A stretch of DNA of 64,000 nt from Octopus sinensis. Its lineage: Eukaryota. Within the stretch, counting starts at the first letter, position 1. Each line of letters opens with the position of its first letter. The notes under the pieces are model-generated. The model made no database searches. It was not told the DNA's origin and was given only the letters and a program-made list of their open reading frames with translations. The position numbers and the translations under genes were made by a program. Below are positions 57,432-64,000 of the stretch, piece after piece. Location: assembly GCF_006345805.1 (NCBI RefSeq), contig NC_043001.1:93496001-93560000 (forward strand), written 5' to 3'.

Positions 57432-57490
<59 letters not shown>
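56775..57490. repeat. Very long compound (TA)n array with embedded repeat fragments
   Basis: Directly visible. Embedded pieces lie at 56885-56985 and 57350-57425; the latter duplicates 57490-57550. Confidence 0.9.
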
Positions 57491-57491
<1 letters not shown>

Positions 57492-58306
57492 TGTTTTATT
57501 TTCTGGTTTATTATTATTTCTATATTCTTCTATATTAAAGCATATTAAACTTGTTTCAATAAAAACGATATTAACTCATGTTATTTTGATACAATTAAAA
57601 GGAAGTAGTTAGAAGAAAATATATAAAGGTGAATATAGGAAGCAAACATATAGCAGAGATTCGCAAATAATGCCTAATAATATTGTTTGTGGCTGAATAT
57701 ATTTAATAGCTTGTTTTGACATTCAAACATTTGCTGAAGTGAATTTATATAGAAATTACAAAAACATGTTGACATTCTCGGTGCATCAGGAAATTGGCAC
57801 TTCTTCGAAGTTGATTTCGACATCATACTCATAGTTATACTTCGTGTTCAGCTCTTCATGAGGACCATATGGTTTATTACGATATAGGCTTTTAAAACCG
57901 AGATTTAAATTCAGAGACAGTGTAAATTTAAATTGCCTTTCTCGTTTTATCAGCAAACATAGAGAACTCAATAGTTGTCCTATTATAAGTTAGAATATTG
58001 GAGGCAATGATCCCTTATATACTAACAGCTTACAGACTAGTAGATCTGGAAAAATATTTAATTAAATCTGTATGGACACTCTACTTCTAAGAGTACCTGA
58101 GTTGCATTGATTTGTGTGTGGCTTTTAAGACAATGCTTTAGCCATGCTACACAGATTAGTATTTCACGGACCTTAATGTAGTTATCATTGCAGAGCAAAG
58201 AGAAATATTAAGTACATCTTTACACTGTGTATAACAATTCATAGAAACATAACCTTCATAGTAAATGACGAAAGGATATGTCCTGATTCTCTTGACAAAT
58301 GAAACG

Positions 58307-58727
58307 GAATCTTTTCGGTTTGACCGGCAGTTTTTTCTAGTGGTGTCATATGAAATTGTCACCCATAATTATGACCCTAGTATCGATCTATTGCATTTCA
58401 ATCTATTTTAGAGTTAGGGTTAGGGGTGGGGGGAAGGGTAACTTTTTTTTTAATTCAGAAATGTAAATAAACCCAACCTGTTTCTTAAACGAGGGACATA
58501 TTCATACGGCACAGAATTTTTTGACTTGAATAGATGTCATTGATTGGTTGAAATTGCAGAAATTGAATAAAAAAAAACAACAAATATCTTACAAACTATA
58601 GAATTTTTTCAATAATGCCAAGAGAAAAAGATGTTCTATAAACACATTCTAACAGTATACAAAGTTTAAAAGTGTTTAGTTACGTGGAAATTATTTTAAA
58701 AAACTGCCGGTCAAACCGAAAAGATCC
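58307..58727. mobile_element. Complete MITE (421 bp), ~30-bp TIRs, 8-bp TSD
   Basis: TIRs G(A/G)ATCTTTTCGGTTTGACCGGCAGTTTTTT. TSD ATGAAACG at 58299-58306 and 58728-58735. Confidence 0.9.
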
Positions 58728-59159
58728 ATGAAACGAAATGGTTTGATAAAATAAATGTGTGCGTTGTACTTACGATTTAAGTAGCCTACTTGCTCGTTTC
58801 CTATATATAAACAGGATTGTATATAGAGTATTCAGAAGAAAACCTATAAGTGAGCTATTTAAATATGTGTTATTTATTCAAATATAGTGGCGACCAACAG
58901 AATTATATTTGTAATTATTAAAATATATATTCAATTAATATCTTATTAGTCTTTCCCCATCATTTGTATGTGTTTATGAATGCGCACGCATGTGTGCTTA
59001 TGCGTGAAATTATGTGTGTGTGTGTGATTGTATGCATAAATATATGAGTATGTTTGTGAATACACACATAAATACTATTGATAATCTGCAAGTTCTTGGG
59101 TGCTATGTTACCAGGTGGTTCTAGATTTAGAACCGGATACAGCCTCTACAGCTTTTAAA

Positions 59160-59237
<78 letters not shown>

Positions 59238-59338
59238 CCTATCTATCTATTTATCTATTTATCTACCTATCTATCTATTTATCTATTTATCTACCTATCT
59301 ATCTATTTATCTACCTATCTATCGATCTATTTATCTGC

Positions 59339-59409
<71 letters not shown>

Positions 59410-59422
59410 CCTATCTATCTGC

Positions 59423-59493
<71 letters not shown>

Positions 59494-60099
59494 TTATCGA
59501 TCTATCTATCTCATGTACGTACGTACACACATATAGATGTGTGTATTTTTATATTTATGTATGTTATTGTTAATAGAAATTATGCAAAACTTTCTTTCGC
59601 AAGCTGTTGTTTACCATATTAGTGTTCTGTGAATTATATTGAAACAGGTGCGAAAGATTAATTGTAATTCAATTTAGAAAAAATATTCATAAATAGGAAG
59701 GTCACATGTATTATATATAATTAAATATTGCATTATGAAAATTCCGCGTGTCGGAGCGTCCAATTAAAAATGCATATCGTTGATAAGTCATGAAAACATT
59801 AAAATAAAATTGACTCAGAATTTTTCAAATATAGTTACGCTAACTTGCTGTTAATCTCACACTTACTCTTTCTCTATCCCACACTCTCTCTTTTGCCTCT
59901 ATTATACATACATACATACATACATACATACAAAGATACATCCATCCATCCATCCATACATACATACATACATACATACATAAGTACATTTTTATGCCAT
60001 TCGTATGTTCTCTTCTCTTGTTGACTAGTAAATGTCAACGCAAGAAAACTTGTTTACATGATAATTACTAGCGTTTGTATTTTTTTAATTTTGGAATAT

Positions 60100-60460
60100 T
60101 CTGAGGCGGTGAAATCAGAGAAGCGTCGGCAAGCTGAGTAAAATGCTTAGAGAAACTTCACCTATCCTTAAGTTCTGAGTTCAAATTTCGTCGCCGTGTA
60201 CTTTGCTTTCTATTCTTTCGACGTCGATAAATTAAAGTACCAGTTTAACAATGTGGTTGATATATTCCAGTAATGATCTCTACCAAAATTGCTAACCTTG
60301 TGCTAAAATTTGAAACCAATTTTTTGAAATATTCTGTTGCAGTGGATTAGCAAAATCATGTGAGTGTCAAGCATAATATTTTACGGTATTTATTTCTAGT
60401 CTTAAGGTTCTGAGTTCAAATCACCCTGGGATCCACTATGTATTTCATCATTTTCGGACA
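60100..60460 (+). mobile_element. Two decayed SINE family A-related units
   Basis: gttctgagttcaaat and ctttcgacgtcgataaattaaagtaccagtt remnants. Similar decayed units lie at about 19720-19840, 31660-31800, 36350-36495, 50575-50770 and 63370-64000. Confidence 0.65.
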
Positions 60461-61371
60461 GATAAAACTGCGTATATATCTATATTTATCTACCTATATA
60501 ATCATTAAACTCCACTGCCTGTAAGTATTTAATAGCAGTCATGATATGGCACCATAATGAAGGATCTTATGAACTCCGATTTGTATAGTTTGGGCATTCA
60601 TTTTACAAATATTAATTCCAAGAACCACCACCACCAAACATAAAACATAAAAATCTTACACACAAACACATTCACTCACTTTCATATACACACATACACA
60701 CACACACATGTACACACACTCACGTAAATTTGGAAGAAATACCGCTAAGTATTATGTCTAGCGTGCTATTAATATTCAACTTCTGTCCACACTTGTTTCT
60801 TGTTTGTTCACAAGAGTCTGCATTTATGCTTGAAATCTCTGAAGACAAAAATTGTTTATGTATGTATATAGATAAGTAATCGATTGGAAGGTTGAAATAT
60901 TTTGGTTTTAACTATTCAAAGAGTTCTTTGTTTTTGCCATTTTGGGCATTCAAATTTCATGTTTATTTATAGTTGGTTTATTTATAATAATTGTCCGACA
61001 CGTGTTTCGATCGCATTCATTGCATATTGTTGCATATTTGTATGCAGCGATTTATGTATTATTAGTACGATCTCTGCAGGAAGTATAAATATGACATTGT
61101 GCGACGAAGAATTTTCCTATGTTATTAGTTTGAATTAGGCTTGGTTCGAGTAATAGTAAGCTATGACTTTCATCGATGAGCTGTTTTTCACAGCTCATCG
61201 ATGAAAGCACGATCCGTGTTTTCCAGAATGGAGGCGAACAACGTTCTCCGTGTGATCAGCATGAAAAATTGTTATGATACTAGGATATTTTCCTACTTCT
61301 CTTGACATGAAACCAATGATAGCTTTAACTCAGAAATATGTACACACACACAGACACACACACTCACACAG

Positions 61372-61402
<31 letters not shown>

Positions 61403-62139
61403 TATATATCTACCTATCTTGTGTGTGTGTGTATATGTTTGCGTGTGTGCATGCATGTATGTAAGTACGTGTAAATATACATGTGTGTGTATGTAAGTAA
61501 ATATAGATGCGTTCTTTGATATATATATTTGTGCATTACTGCTTTGTACGTGTGTGGAAGTCTGTTTATATGTACATCGCATCTAACTGTAGTATTGAAA
61601 TATACAATTGAAATGTATTATGCATTTATGCTAAATATACCCATATATATATATATATTATATATTTAATATACGTCGTAACACACACAGACATACATGC
61701 CAAATATATATTTATGTATTATAAAATTTCAATTATATATTTAATACACACTAGAATATCTTGCTTTTCTCACCAGTATATTTAAATCAATATCACTATA
61801 TATATATATATATTCGTAACCATGCATACATGTATGTAAACACAAACACACAAACATATACACACTCACACACACATGTATATATATGCACATATAAAAT
61901 CGATATTATTGATTATGTATATGCGTATACATTCTCTAGTTTGGTCCGTATGTGTATGTATTGATTTGTGAAAATAATGTAAATATCCTATTATATATGC
62001 ATAGAAATTCATCTTGTATCCGAAAATTATAAGCACGTGCTTCATATGCGTAATTTATGCAAATATAGCTTTTAAAGAATATTGAGTGACACGTGGCATA
62101 CACATCTCCCTGCTTCTCCACATATATATACGCGCGCAC

Positions 62140-62173
62140 AGAAACACGGCGCATATGTATGTATATATATGCG

Positions 62174-62207
<34 letters not shown>

Positions 62208-62352
62208 TATACATACATATATATATTATATACATACATATATATATATATATACATACATATATATATATACATACACATATATATACATACATATATA
62301 TATATACATACATATATATATATATATATAATATATATATATACATACATAT

Positions 62353-62384
<32 letters not shown>

Positions 62385-62415
62385 CATATACACACATATA
62401 TATATATATACATAC

Positions 62416-62446
<31 letters not shown>

Positions 62447-62530
62447 AATATATATGTCTGTGTGTGGGGTGTGGATGGAGAAACAGAGAAGGGAGAGAGA
62501 GAGAGAGAGAGAGCGATCGAGAGAGATGTA
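62140..62530. repeat. Compound (TA)n/(CATA)n/(GA)n microsatellite
   Basis: Directly visible. It is the source of the 204-, 186-, 163- and 148-aa ORFs. Confidence 0.95.
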
Positions 62531-64000
62531 TGCCAGTAGATGCACTGCAAAATAGATACTTATATGTGTGGTACGCATGTATATGCAAATATATATCCGT
62601 GTATAAGTCATGCAAATGGTTTGCATAGACAATGACTTCTATCATTGAAATAAATACACATTTTCCACTGGAACAAAGTTTTAAATGTAGAAGTGGAAAA
62701 CAACCAGTAATTCTGTTACATACATTATAATATTGATACTGTTTTGTTTCGAGAGAAAAAATAAGGTGTTGAAGGTGAAAGAGAGAAAAATAAAAAGTAA
62801 GAGAACGATAGAGACAAATGTATAGGTATGTAGATAAATACATATATCAATAGATATAGAGGTAGATAAATAGATACATAGATAAATGTAAAGATATATA
62901 GGTATAAAAAGAAAGGTGAAGAAAGTGAGAAAAATATTAACTTGTTATAAAATGAATGACAGTAGATAAAGTGTAAACTGTTGGGTCGTAGTATGTACTG
63001 AAATAGGTATGTTTAGAAATAAGCACGTGTAGACTAAACAATGAAGTTGCATTTATTAAGGCACTTTATTATTCTTCAGTTTTAAGCTGACACCTTTATA
63101 GAAGCGTTAGCGTTTCGGCCAAAAAGCTGAGCTGTATTTCTGTCGGCACTTTATGTTATTAGCAATTATTAGTAAATTCTCTCAAGATGACCTTTGTCTT
63201 TCAACATTTCATGGTCGATACACTAAGTATAAGTTAAGCCATGGGGTCGATGTTCTCGACTAACTTCATACCACTGAAAATTACGGGCCTTGATGTAATA
63301 ATTTTCTAATACCTTTATTATTTTTATCATTAAGGACGGTGAGATGATAGAAACTTTAGGGCGTTGATAGCAATAGTTGATAGCTTTATAGCAATAGTTT
63401 CGGCGCCTTACGGTCACGTTTCAAATCCGGTTGACATTAACGTTACAGAACATCTTTCATGGATAGACAATATAAAGTACCAAAGAATTACTGCTCGGTG
63501 GAATCGGCTACTCCTTTCCATCAAAATTTTAGTCGTATTCCAAGTATTATATTAGAGAAAAGTGTCAGTTACAATAATGGAAAACTTATTTTGTAATAAT
63601 TGTGCGACTGTTTTCTTTCTAGATTCCAAATCATGCCAATGTCAACAGTTGCTTTCATCATTTTGTAATTAAGTATTGCCGTTGAATAATCTCTCATCAA
63701 AATTGTTAACTTGTGTCTGAATTAAAGAAATTACTTATTGTTTAGGTTTTGTGAAATGATACAAAAATTGGATACTTATGAGAAATAAAATCTCAATGAT
63801 AAAATGGATATTGAAGACCGCATAAATTAGCAAATTTCTTTTGAGATTGGTTTAACAACACTGCTTGACCTAGGTTAAGAATTGCGTAGTCAGAGAATCG
63901 TAGGAAATATTTTGACGTATACATTCTTGCTCCTGGCGATCAGAATTCAAATCTTACTGAGGAAAATTTTGCATTATTCAGTGAAAGGTCGATAAATAAA

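Overview
Strongly AT-rich eukaryotic DNA packed with microsatellites ((TA)n, (CA)n, (TATC)n, (TAA)n, (TATG)n). From recognition of the repeat families, not a database search, I infer it is intronic or intergenic DNA of a cephalopod, most likely Octopus. No complete gene, rRNA, true tRNA or CRISPR array is supported, and nearly all listed ORFs are microsatellite artefacts. Supported content: (1) three multi-copy tRNA-derived SINE families, here called A, B and C; (2) restriction-like-endonuclease (R4/Dong-type) LINE 3' fragments and a related ~540-bp non-coding element, all within (TAA)n arrays; (3) two complete non-autonomous Helitrons in inverted orientation; (4) a complete MITE with an 8-bp target-site duplication, a Tc1/mariner 3' end and a decayed reverse transcriptase fragment; (5) six minimal type I hammerhead ribozyme motifs in Penelope-like repeats, three sharing an A6U core change; (6) scattered exon-like segments, mostly on the minus strand, of an unidentified gene. 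The most interesting leads are a candidate recursive splice site with a stop-containing RS-exon (minus strand, 31981-32140) and the CUGUNGA hammerhead variants. Both are hypotheses that need RNA data.
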